Source: an uncultured Clostridium sp.
GTDB taxonomy: Bacteria > Bacillota > Clostridia > TANB77 > CAG-508
Length of the DNA: 64,000 bases
Reading direction: 5' to 3'
Assembly (NCBI GenBank): GCA_948437895.1
Contig: CAOJKK010000002.1
Location: 8,116-72,115, forward strand
Positions 18,158-27,041 of the stretch are shown here, one piece after another. Under the pieces are notes generated by a model, which saw only the letters and a list, made by a program, of their open reading frames with translations, was not told where the DNA came from and made no database searches. The first letter of the stretch is position 1, and every line of letters begins with the position of its first letter. Made by a program: the position numbers and the translations under genes.

Positions 18158-18655
18158 TTAAAAACTTCGCTGTTTGTCAGGAAATTCCTGTAATTTATAA
18201 TAGTTTCCTAGTGCTCTATTGATATTCTTTAGGTCATTTGGTGTTATTCGGTTTATAAGTCCATTTGTCCTTTGAGGATTCAATACCCTTAATTTGCTAA
18301 TATTTTTAATCTGTTCAATCATAGCGGTAGAATTTTTCTGTTCTAAATCTATATGATACCATCTTTTATCATTTAACCTAACAGATGTCAGAGGTAGTAT
18401 TGTACACATGGGAAAATTGGTTTGAGTTCTAACAATAATAGCAGGTCGAATTTTATTTTGTTCACTTCCTACATTTATTCCTAAATTACACCAATATATA
18501 AAATTATTTGTAATAGGAAAAGACGGAATACTTTTCTTGAATTTCATTTTTGCTTTGTCTTTAGTCCAGCTAGCATATTCGACAGCTAAATCATCAGGAA
18601 TATTCTCTAGTATTGCTTTTGTTTCATCGAAATGATTATCAATTTCTATATTCAT
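18158..18655 (-). CDS. PemK/MazF-like endoribonuclease toxin with a roughly 55-aa N-terminal extension
   Basis: NFIYWCNLGINVGSEQNKIRPAIIVRT...CTILPLTS matches the MazF/PemK core. SD gaggtg. No adjacent antitoxin ORF. Confidence 0.65.
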   Translation of the reverse strand: MNIEIDNHFDETKAILENIPDDLAVEYASWTKDKAKMKFKKSIPSFPITNNFIYWCNLGINVGSEQNKIRPAIIVRTQTNFPMCTILPLTSVRLNDKRWYHIDLEQKNSTAMIEQIKNISKLRVLNPQRTNGLINRITPNDLKNINRALGNYYKLQEFPDKQRSF

Positions 18656-18733
18656 AAATTCACCTCATGTTCGAATTATAGCATATCAAAAGCAACAAGT
18701 AAACAAAAGTTCGTAAAATTTGGAGGAATTTTG

Positions 18734-19576
18734 TTAAGAATTAGAGTTTATTATAGGAATATAAATATTAGTAGTGATTTTTCCTACATATTCTTCTACA
18801 TCAGGAATTGTATCTAAATCATATCCTAAATAAGGTATAACACATGCATAAACCATATTAGTAAAATTAGCAATATCTGTTGCTTTTCTACTTTCTATAC
18901 TAAACTTTAAAAATGTTTTGTTCTCTATTGTATAAGGTTTGCTTCCCTTAAAGTTATGAGTACTTGCAATATGATATGTAGCCATTTGGGAATCGTCTAT
19001 AAATTTATCATATTCTACTATTCCATATCTTTTATCTCCAAAAATGAAATCTTTATTTGCAAGCATTTCATCCCAGAAAGGAGAAGCAATTTCAGGAATA
19101 ATATCTATTGGCATAGTTTTACTTACACTATATAAATTAAAACTTATATTTTTAACAATTGAGTAATTTATTTCTTCATAATCTTTACTAACTTGCATAA
19201 AGTCAAAGACAGGGAAAACCTTTAAGTTAGTTTTATTCTTAAAAATATCTTTTGGGCTAAATCCCATCATTTTTTTAAATGCTCTTCCAAAAGAAGTAGC
19301 TGAATCATATCCATACTTTAATGCAACATCTATAACTTTAGTTCCATTTAACAAATCAGTACAAGATACAGTAAGTCTTCTTTTTCTTATATATTCAGAT
19401 AGAGATATATTAGTCACAAAATAGAATATTCTATGAAGTGAATATTCATTAACACACAATATTTTAGCAAGATTTTTATATTCTAAATCTTTATCTAGAT
19501 TATTTTCTATATATTTAATTAATTCATCTAATTTATCTATACTTCCGCTTAAACATAAACCACTCCTAACAAACAT
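18734..19576 (-). CDS. AraC-family regulator with C-terminal GyrI-like effector domain
   Basis: N-terminal AraC HTH (LAKILCVNEYSLHRIF...ALKYGYDSATSFGRAFKK) and a C-terminal effector-binding domain. Confidence 0.75.
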   Translation of the reverse strand: MFVRSGLCLSGSIDKLDELIKYIENNLDKDLEYKNLAKILCVNEYSLHRIFYFVTNISLSEYIRKRRLTVSCTDLLNGTKVIDVALKYGYDSATSFGRAFKKMMGFSPKDIFKNKTNLKVFPVFDFMQVSKDYEEINYSIVKNISFNLYSVSKTMPIDIIPEIASPFWDEMLANKDFIFGDKRYGIVEYDKFIDDSQMATYHIASTHNFKGSKPYTIENKTFLKFSIESRKATDIANFTNMVYACVIPYLGYDLDTIPDVEEYVGKITTNIYIPIINSNS

Positions 19577-19716
19577 TATATCATCTTTACATAAATTTGA
19601 CTAGAGTTTTTAGTAAATCCGTAAACTATAGAATTAAAAAAACAGATAAAATATTGACTTACGAAAACAAATAAGATAATATAAACATAATATTTGAGAT
19701 ATTGGAGATTGTTTAT

Positions 19717-20226
19717 ATGAGTAATTTGATTTATAGAAGAATAGTAAAAAAAGATGAAAAACAATTAAGGGAATTAATAAAGGTTGTACTAGGAGATTTG
19801 GAAAGACTAGAGTTTTTTGTACCATTTTCAGAGGAAGAAATCCAAGACATACTTGATGAAAGCAAAGTTATAGCATATGGAGCATATGATAATGAAAAGT
19901 TAGTAGGAAGTGGACAGCTATTTTTAGATGAAAAATATGTGGAAGATATAAAGAAAGCTATTAAAATAGACGATAGTAAAGTTCTGGAACTTGGAGGATA
20001 TTTAGTTTTAGAGGAATATAGAAATCAAGGAATCATGAAAAAATTACAAGAAATATTATCAAAAGAAGCCCAAAAAACAGGATTTGATTATGCAGTAATT
20101 ACAGCACATCCAGATAATGTTTCATCAAATAGCGTTATTAAACATAGCAAAGCAAGACTTGTAAAAACAATGAATTTAGGTGAGTTTTTAAGAAACATAT
20201 ATCTATTACAATTAAAGGAGAAATAG
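19717..20226 (+). CDS. GNAT family N-acetyltransferase
   Basis: YRNQGIMKKLQE acetyl-CoA loop. ATG at 19717 after ggag. Confidence 0.65.
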   Translation: MSNLIYRRIVKKDEKQLRELIKVVLGDLERLEFFVPFSEEEIQDILDESKVIAYGAYDNEKLVGSGQLFLDEKYVEDIKKAIKIDDSKVLELGGYLVLEEYRNQGIMKKLQEILSKEAQKTGFDYAVITAHPDNVSSNSVIKHSKARLVKTMNLGEFLRNIYLLQLKEK

Positions 20227-20229
20227 AAA

Positions 20230-20766
20230 ATGGAATTATCTTTAGAATACATATTATCACAAGTGTTTATAGTTATTAGTTACTTATTTTTAGTATTAAC
20301 ATATCAAAGTAAATCAAGAAAGAATATTTTAATATATAGTTTTGTATCTTTAATTGCAAATGCTATATCATATGTATTTTTACAAGCATATACAGGACTT
20401 GCAATGTGTTTTGTAGCGATTTTTAGAAATATAATATTCATGATTGATGAGAAGAGAAACGGTAAAAGTGATGAGATAAAGAAAAAGGATATTCTGATAT
20501 TAATAGTACTATATGCAATATCAATCATATCAACAGTATTTACATATGATGGATTCTTAAGTTTACTATCTGTTTTTGCAACAATGCTATATACATATTC
20601 TGTATGGCAAAAGAAGACATCTGTTTACAAGATACTAGGATTGCCAATAGGAATATTATGGATAGCATATAACATTTATATAATGTCTATATTTGGAATA
20701 ATACTAGAAACAATACTTACCATATCTGCAATATATGGTTATTGTAGAGAAAAGAAAAATAAATAA
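20230..20766 (+). CDS. YgjV-like inner membrane protein
   Basis: Five or six hydrophobic helices. Family call is from recollection of YgjV-type proteins. Confidence 0.45.
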   Translation: MELSLEYILSQVFIVISYLFLVLTYQSKSRKNILIYSFVSLIANAISYVFLQAYTGLAMCFVAIFRNIIFMIDEKRNGKSDEIKKKDILILIVLYAISIISTVFTYDGFLSLLSVFATMLYTYSVWQKKTSVYKILGLPIGILWIAYNIYIMSIFGIILETILTISAIYGYCREKKNK

Positions 20767-20779
20767 ACATAGAATTTGA

Positions 20780-20815
20780 AGAGGTAGAAGGACTTTAATG
20801 CTTTCTACCTCTTTT
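20780..20815 (+). terminator. rho-independent terminator
   Basis: 10-bp stem agaggtagaa / ttctacctct followed by ttt. Confidence 0.7.
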
Positions 20816-20947
20816 AAAGTTTCTAAATAGTAGATTACATAAAAACTATTTAATTTGTTATGCACCCAAACTATAATTGATTCATATGCAACGTTGTTGC
20901 GTTTAATATATAAGGTATTTTAATCAATAACAGGAAGGAGTTAATTT

Positions 20948-22435
20948 ATGAGTATACGGTTAAGTTCGAAAGAAAAAGAAGATTTGGTTGTAAAAAATCA
21001 AGGGCTTGTACGCTATATTGTGAACAAGCTAGGGGCAAATTATAGTGATTATGATGATTTGGTCTCGATAGGCAATATAGGATTAATCAAAGCTGCTGTA
21101 AGTTTTGATGATTCTAAGGGAATAAGATTTGCAACATATGCAACTACTTGCATAAATAATGAGATTTTTATGCATTTTAGGAAAGAAAAGCAAAATACAA
21201 ATGTTATTTCGTTAGATGAACCAATTGCTAATGATGGTAATGGAGGAGAATTGACACTAGCAAGTGTGATTCCTAGTTCTGATAGAGATTTTGTAGAAAA
21301 AATTGAGGGAATTGTAGCTTTTGAAAAAGTTATAAGCATCATATTAAATCTTTTAGAACCAAGAGAGAAATTTGTTATGTTGAATTATATAGCTGGTAAT
21401 AGCCAAGCTTACATTAGTAAAATATTAAATATTTCACAGAGCTATATTTCGAGAATTACAAACAGAACATGTCAGAAGGTAAAAATTTATTTTTCTACTA
21501 AACAACAATATAAGGAGGTTTTCTCAATGACAATGGTAGATAATAGTTTATACAAAATTACTTTTTATTCAAAAGATATTAAACAATTCAATAAGATTTT
21601 TTCAACACTTTTATTGAATTTGAAACCTGAAGCAACTTTACCTGATTTTAAAGTTAGTTGCAACAAAGAACGGATAGTAATTAATTTACCTGCAGATCTT
21701 CAAGCGTTTTCTTTTGTTGCTCAAATTATTCAAGAAATTGATGATTTTGAGATTTCATTTAAATCTTCAAATAAAGATTCATTGGAATCAGAAGAAGAAA
21801 ATATAAAGGTTGAGACAAGAGAACATGATACAAAGAATATTGAGCAAAAAATGAAAGAATCAGAAATCCCAGAAGTTGATTCAATCAATGAGGATTTACC
21901 AGAATCTGAAAGCTCAGAAGTTAATCCAATCAATGAGGATTTACCAGAATCTGAAATAGATAAAAATCCAAAAGTCGAAACAGATGACAAAGTTAAATCA
22001 AGAAAAGATAACAAAACTAAGAAAGTAAGAGACTATATATTAACATTACAATCTTTTACTTCTAAGGAATTAAGTGAGCATTTTCCTGATTTAAGTGTAG
22101 GTGATATAGGAAGCGCACTACACATTATTAAAAATAAAGGATTGATAACATCTACAGGCAGAGGTAAATATATTGTAAATGAAAATTCGCCTAAACCTGA
22201 AACTATTGAAAATACAGAAGTAAAGAAGTGCAGTAAAGCTAAACCAGTAAAAGACAATAAAGTCGAAAAAGTAAGAGATTATATATTAACATTAGAATCT
22301 TTTACTTCTAAGGAATTAAGTCAGCAATTTCCTGATTTAAGTATAGGTGATATAGGAAATGCACTGTATCTCGCTAAAAAGAAAGGATTAATAATATCTA
22401 CAGATAGGGGCAAATATACTGTAAATAAAGATTAA
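20948..22435 (+). CDS. sigma-70 family factor fused in frame to a 300-aa tail with acidic repeats and two winged-helix-like modules
   Basis: Regions 2-4 lie in residues 1-185 (VSIGNIGLIKA, FATYATTCI, QSYISRI). A strong SD precedes the ATG at 20948. In-frame CGG at codons 4 and 242. Internal SD aaggagg (21512-21518) plus in-frame ATG at 21527. Confidence 0.7.
   Translation: MSIRLSSKEKEDLVVKNQGLVRYIVNKLGANYSDYDDLVSIGNIGLIKAAVSFDDSKGIRFATYATTCINNEIFMHFRKEKQNTNVISLDEPIANDGNGGELTLASVIPSSDRDFVEKIEGIVAFEKVISIILNLLEPREKFVMLNYIAGNSQAYISKILNISQSYISRITNRTCQKVKIYFSTKQQYKEVFSMTMVDNSLYKITFYSKDIKQFNKIFSTLLLNLKPEATLPDFKVSCNKERIVINLPADLQAFSFVAQIIQEIDDFEISFKSSNKDSLESEEENIKVETREHDTKNIEQKMKESEIPEVDSINEDLPESESSEVNPINEDLPESEIDKNPKVETDDKVKSRKDNKTKKVRDYILTLQSFTSKELSEHFPDLSVGDIGSALHIIKNKGLITSTGRGKYIVNENSPKPETIENTEVKKCSKAKPVKDNKVEKVRDYILTLESFTSKELSQQFPDLSIGDIGNALYLAKKKGLIISTDRGKYTVNKD
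22019..22432 (+). repeat. intragenic duplication of about 165 bp (two copies offset by 246 bp)
   Basis: Copy 1 is about 22019-22186 and copy 2 about 22265-22432. They encode KVRDYILTL(Q/E)SFTSKELS...GDIG.AL...KKGLI.ST.RGKY.VN. A 45-bp tandem repeat also lies at 21883-21955. Confidence 0.8.
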
Positions 22436-22442
22436 AATACCG

Positions 22443-22477
22443 AAACATTGCTGTTATATTAATGGCAATGTTTTTTT
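22443..22477 (+). terminator. rho-independent terminator
   Basis: Stem aaacattgc / gcaatgttt followed by a T7 run. Confidence 0.8.
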
Positions 22478-22609
22478 ATGTATAAATATAATATATTTAT
22501 CTTATAACAATAAATACAAATCAACAAAAGAGATATCAAAAAAGTAGAGTAATTCCTTTTAATTAGATATATATTTTAGCTAGATATCTAATTGGAGGTG
22601 TTTTTTGTT

Positions 22610-22774
22610 ATGAACATATACAATTTTAATAGAAATATTAACGGACTTAAAAACTTAAATGAAGGAGAATATACAAATCAGATGTTTAGCAACCTTGAAA
22701 ATGAAATAGCAAATAGTTTAAACATTGATTTGGACAATCAAAATAAATATATAAATAAAGAAATTAAATTTTAA
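22610..22774 (+). CDS. small Asn-rich peptide (54 aa), unknown function
   Basis: SD ggagg 11 nt before the ATG at 22610. No Cys and no GG leader. Immediately upstream of the ABC pair. Confidence 0.4.
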   Translation: MNIYNFNRNINGLKNLNEGEYTNQMFSNLENEIANSLNIDLDNQNKYINKEIKF

Positions 22775-22784
22775 GGATTAACAG

Positions 22785-24549
22785 ATGAAAAATAATGTAA
22801 TAACAATTGGATTAAAAGGAACAAAAAGATATATATTTTTGCTCCTTGTTTTGAGTATAGTATTTTCATATTTAACATTACAAACAGCTATATATATAAA
22901 ATATGCAATAGATAATGTTATTTGTAATGACTATGAAACATTACCAGCATTAATTAAACGAATATTAACTAACAATCATATGTATGACCTATTGATAATC
23001 TCAGCAATTATTATAATAATAAATTTATTAATTATGTTTGTGAGCTATCTAAGAAATATAACAACAAGTAAATTTAAACTGAAAATAAATACTAATGTAA
23101 AATCAGAGTTATATAAACATATCTTAAATTTGGAATACAAAAGTTATAACTCATATGACAAAACAGAAATTCTACAGAGAATAACAGAGGATAGCGATGT
23201 TTATTCTAGCTTTTTTCAAAATCAATTTAATATGATAATAGATATAATATTCTTAAGTATATTTATAATAACAGAAACAGTACACTTAAATGTTGCTATA
23301 ACAATATATTTTGCAATTACATTTGTTGTAATGGCATCATTTTCTATATGGTATGTAAAAAGACTAGACAAGCAAGTTAATGAATGTATTGGGAAAAGAA
23401 AAGCATTGTTAGGAGCAACAATGCTAAATCTTAATAATTTTAAACTAGTAAGAATGTTAAACAAACAAGAAGAGGAAATAGAAAAATATGAAAGTTTAAA
23501 TAAAGAATGTACAAACAGCAATATCAAATTAATAAAATTAATTCTATTCTATGAAATAATGAATGACCACATAACATATTTAAAAACCCCTATAATTTTT
23601 ATAATAGGAGGAATAGCTGTTATATCTGGAAATATGACTATTCGGAGGAATAACAGTATTATTAAACTATGCAGAAAACATATTTAACTATTTTCTAGAA
23701 TTAGGAGCAAACTTTGAATCAATTGATAATTTCTATGCTGTTAGTAAAAAGATAAGTAAAATACTTAAATTGAAAGAAGAAACAAAAGAGAATAATTCAT
23801 ATAATCTAGATGGAGATGTAATGTTTAGCAATGTAGAAATATTTGCTGAAGATAAACCAATGTTAAAAGATTTGAATTTTTTAATAAGAAAAGGCGAAAA
23901 AGTAGCTATTATCGGAGACAATGGAAGTGGCAAAAGTTTATTATCAAAAGCAGTATTAGGATTTAATGATTATAACGGAAATATATATGTAAATAATCAC
24001 AATACAAGTAGATTAAATAAAAGTAATATAAGAAAATATATTGATTTAGTAGAAGGAAATTCATATTTATTTAAAGGTACAATTTTAGATAATGTATTGT
24101 TAAAGAATAAGGATGATAAAAAAGAAAAATTACTGGATGAAGTTTTTAAAGATTGTGAAATCTATGATGATATTCAAAGATTTAATGAAAAAGAAAACAC
24201 ATTAGTTGGAGAGAAAGGAACAAAACTATCAGGAGGACAAAAACAAAGAATATCAATTGCAAGAACACTAATCAAGGACAAGCCAATACTTATACTTGAT
24301 GAAGCATTTAATAAAATTGATAAGAATACAAAGGAAAAAATATTAATCAATCTTATAAATAAATATTCTGAAAAGACAATGGTATTTATAACACATGACT
24401 TAAGTATAACAAAATATGTAGATAGAATAATATACATAGATGAGAACACAACTATAGTTGGAAAACATAACGATTTAATAAAAAGAAATTCTAAATACAG
24501 AAAATTAGTAAAAATGAATTGTGATATAGGAGCAAAAGATGAGGATTAA
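22785..24549 (+). CDS. ABC exporter permease/ATPase fusion; needs +1 shift at C23643
   Basis: The TM domain (22785-23687 ORF) and ATPase domain (23770-24549 ORF; GDNGSGKS, LSGGQ, ILILDEA) join through GNMTI-G-GITVLLNYAENIF when C23643 is skipped. Confidence 0.75.
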
Positions 24550-26204
24550 CACTAATAAATTAAAAGAATTAAAAAAAATGTATAAAGAAGCACGGACATC
24601 ATAAGAAATTTATTCAGCTTTTTATACTAATTGATGTTAGAATGATTTTTGAATTTATATTAGCTACATATATTACAAAAAAAGTTATAAATGTAGAAAT
24701 TGTGAATGGCAATATAAAAGGAGTTGTTCTATATTCAATATTATATATTTTAATAATATTGGTACAAAGTTATATGGTTTTAAAACATTGTGATATAAGG
24801 TGCATATTAGAGATTATAATGCGAGGAGAATTAAGAGATAAAGTATTTAGAAAATTGCAAAAGGTTGGCACAAAGTTTTATGATGATAACGGAGCAGGAA
24901 CAATACTTCAATTTATGCAAAACGATACAAATGAAGCAGCTAGATTATTCCCAGATATAATGGTAGAAATGTTTTTTATGGGACTTGGAAGATTTACAAT
25001 TATAGCTATTTTACTTATGTTTATTGAAATTAAAGTAACGTTACTAATTGTAGGATTATATATAATTGGATATGCAGTGACTGTGTATTTTAATAGAAAA
25101 ACAGTAAAAGAAATATATGAAATAAGAAAAACTAATATTGAGATTTATACATTAATAAATGATGGAATAGAAGGTTTCTTAACAATAAAAACATTAGAAA
25201 TTGCAGAGAATAAAATACAAGAGCTAGAAGAGAGATTAAAAGAATTTACTGAGAAAAATAAAAATGTAGAAAAGATAGTTGGAAAGTATAATAGTATTTT
25301 TACATTTATAACCTCTCTTGCTATTCCTTTCATAATATATTTTGCAGGTAATAATGTTGCTAAAGGACTTGCTACATATGCAGAAATAATGTTATTAATT
25401 GAATATAGTGGAGAACTTAAATATGAATTTAATTGGTTTATAAAGCATTTAACAGATTTTAACAAATCATTTATTTCATATTCAAAGATGTTAAAATTCT
25501 TAGAGTTAGACAATATGGAGAATGTTAATGAAGGGGAAGATTTAAAGAGAATTGATTCCATAGAATTTAAAGATGTAAATTTCTCATACAATGACAATCA
25601 AAAAACTATTAAAGGATTTAGTCTGAAAATAGATAAAAATGATAAGGTTGCTTTAGTTGGAAAGACTGGAAGCGGAAAGAGTACAATTACAAATTTACTG
25701 TGTAGATTTTATGAACCGAACAAAGGAAAAATATTAATTAATGATATTGATTACAAAAGGTTTAGTATAGCATCTCTAAGGCATAATATAGGATATATAA
25801 TGCAAGATGTACAAATCTTGCCCAATACAATAATTGATAATATAAGGTACGTTAATAAAGAAATAAGCGAAGAAGAAATAGAAAATATATTTAGAAGATT
25901 AAAATTCCACGACAAGATAATGAGTTTAGAAAATGGATATAATACAGATATTTTTAGCAATACAGATATATTGTCAACTGGAGAAAAGCAGTTAATTAGT
26001 TTTGCAAGAATTATGGCAATGAATCCAGATTTAATAATACTAGATGAGGCAACATCTAATTTAAGCTATAACTCTGAATTACTTGTAAAAAATGCAATAG
26101 AGGAAGTAACAAAAGGAAAGATAAGCATAATGATAGCACATAGATTAGAGACTACTAAACTATGTAATAAGATCGTTACTATGCAAGATGGGATCATAGT
26201 ATAA
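24539..26204 (+). CDS. ABC exporter permease/ATPase fusion; needs +1 shift at C24593
   Basis: The ATG at 24539 overlaps the upstream stop. MRINTNKLKELKKMYKEA-G-HHKKFIQLF joins the 24642-26204 ORF (GKTGSGKST, LSTGEKQ, LIILDEA). Confidence 0.7.
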
Positions 26205-26221
26205 ATATTGTAAAAGAATGT

Positions 26222-26250
26222 TTGACAAAATAATATAAAAATAATATAAT
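26222..26250 (+). promoter_or_regulatory. consensus sigma-A promoter
   Basis: TTGACA (26222-26227), 17-nt spacer, TATAAT (26245-26250). Confidence 0.7.
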
Positions 26251-26256
26251 AAAGAA

Positions 26257-26338
26257 AACAAGGTCCACAAAATGTGGTACCATCAGGAATTGATTTTGAA
26301 TCACATCTCTAATGGTTAGCAGAGATGTGATTCTCTTT
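26257..26338 (+). ncRNA. candidate antisense small RNA (type I antitoxin-like)
   Basis: The inferred transcript runs from the consensus promoter through hairpin ggtccaca/tgtggtacc and a 10-bp terminator hairpin (26301-26330) plus ttctcttt. It is antisense to the 3' end of the 45-aa ORF. Confidence 0.45.
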
Positions 26339-26446
26339 ATATGTAATTATAGACAAAGCTATAATTAAAACAAGAGAGATGATAGCAAAAGCTATATTGC
26401 TAATTAAAGATAAAATCAATAATTTTAATAAAACTTCTTCTAACAT
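26309..26446 (-). CDS. 45-aa single-TM hydrophobic peptide (candidate type I toxin)
   Basis: MLEEVLLKLLILSLISNIAFAIISLVLIIALSIITYKENHISANH. SD gtgaggtg 5 nt before the ATG at 26446, so the longer 71-aa track start is rejected. Confidence 0.5.
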   Translation of the reverse strand: MLEEVLLKLLILSLISNIAFAIISLVLIIALSIITYKENHISANH

Positions 26447-26515
26447 ACAAATCACCTCACTTTCTTTAGAAATATGAGATGATACCACATTCTGCTTTCC
26501 TTGCTTTCTTCCAAA

Positions 26516-26544
26516 ATTATACAATTCAAAAAAATGAAAGTCAA
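26516..26544 (-). promoter_or_regulatory. sigma-A promoter for the small hydrophobic ORF
   Basis: On the minus strand: ttgact, 17-nt spacer, tataat, with a TG extension. Confidence 0.6.
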
Positions 26545-26674
26545 GAGAAAAACAAACAAAAGTTCTGAAAATATTTACGGAAATTTACAACTATGATATT
26601 ATAATATTAATTTAAATCAACAAACTTTGCTTCATGGCATTTCGCCAATAAAATTCAAATAATCAAAATAAAAT

Positions 26675-26950
26675 ATGAAAGGAATGATGAACATAGAACT
26701 AAAAAAGATAGAAGAAGGAATAATACCTATTTACGCAAATAAATCAAAAGAGAGATTAATTAATGCAAGAGAATTGCACAAAGTTTTAAAAAATAGAAGA
26801 CAATTTGCCAATTGGATAAAACAAAGAATTGAACAATATAATTTTATAGAAAATAAAGAATATATCCGCTTTAACAATTTTGTTAAAGCGGATGAAAAAG
26901 GATATGGTAACAAAACTCAAATAATAATACAAATCAATTCATTGATATAA
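26675..26950 (+). pseudogene. phage antirepressor (AntA/AntB N-terminal domain) remnant
   Basis: INARELHKVLKNRRQFANWIKQRIEQYNFIENKEY matches the AntA-type N-terminal domain. The ORF ends after about 90 aa with no continuation in any frame. Confidence 0.5.
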
Positions 26951-27041
26951 TGCAGAATGCAATAAATTATAAAAGTGATTTGGTTGATATATAAAACATA
27001 ATGTGATATATTGTACTCAACTGTTGGAGGAATAATAATCA

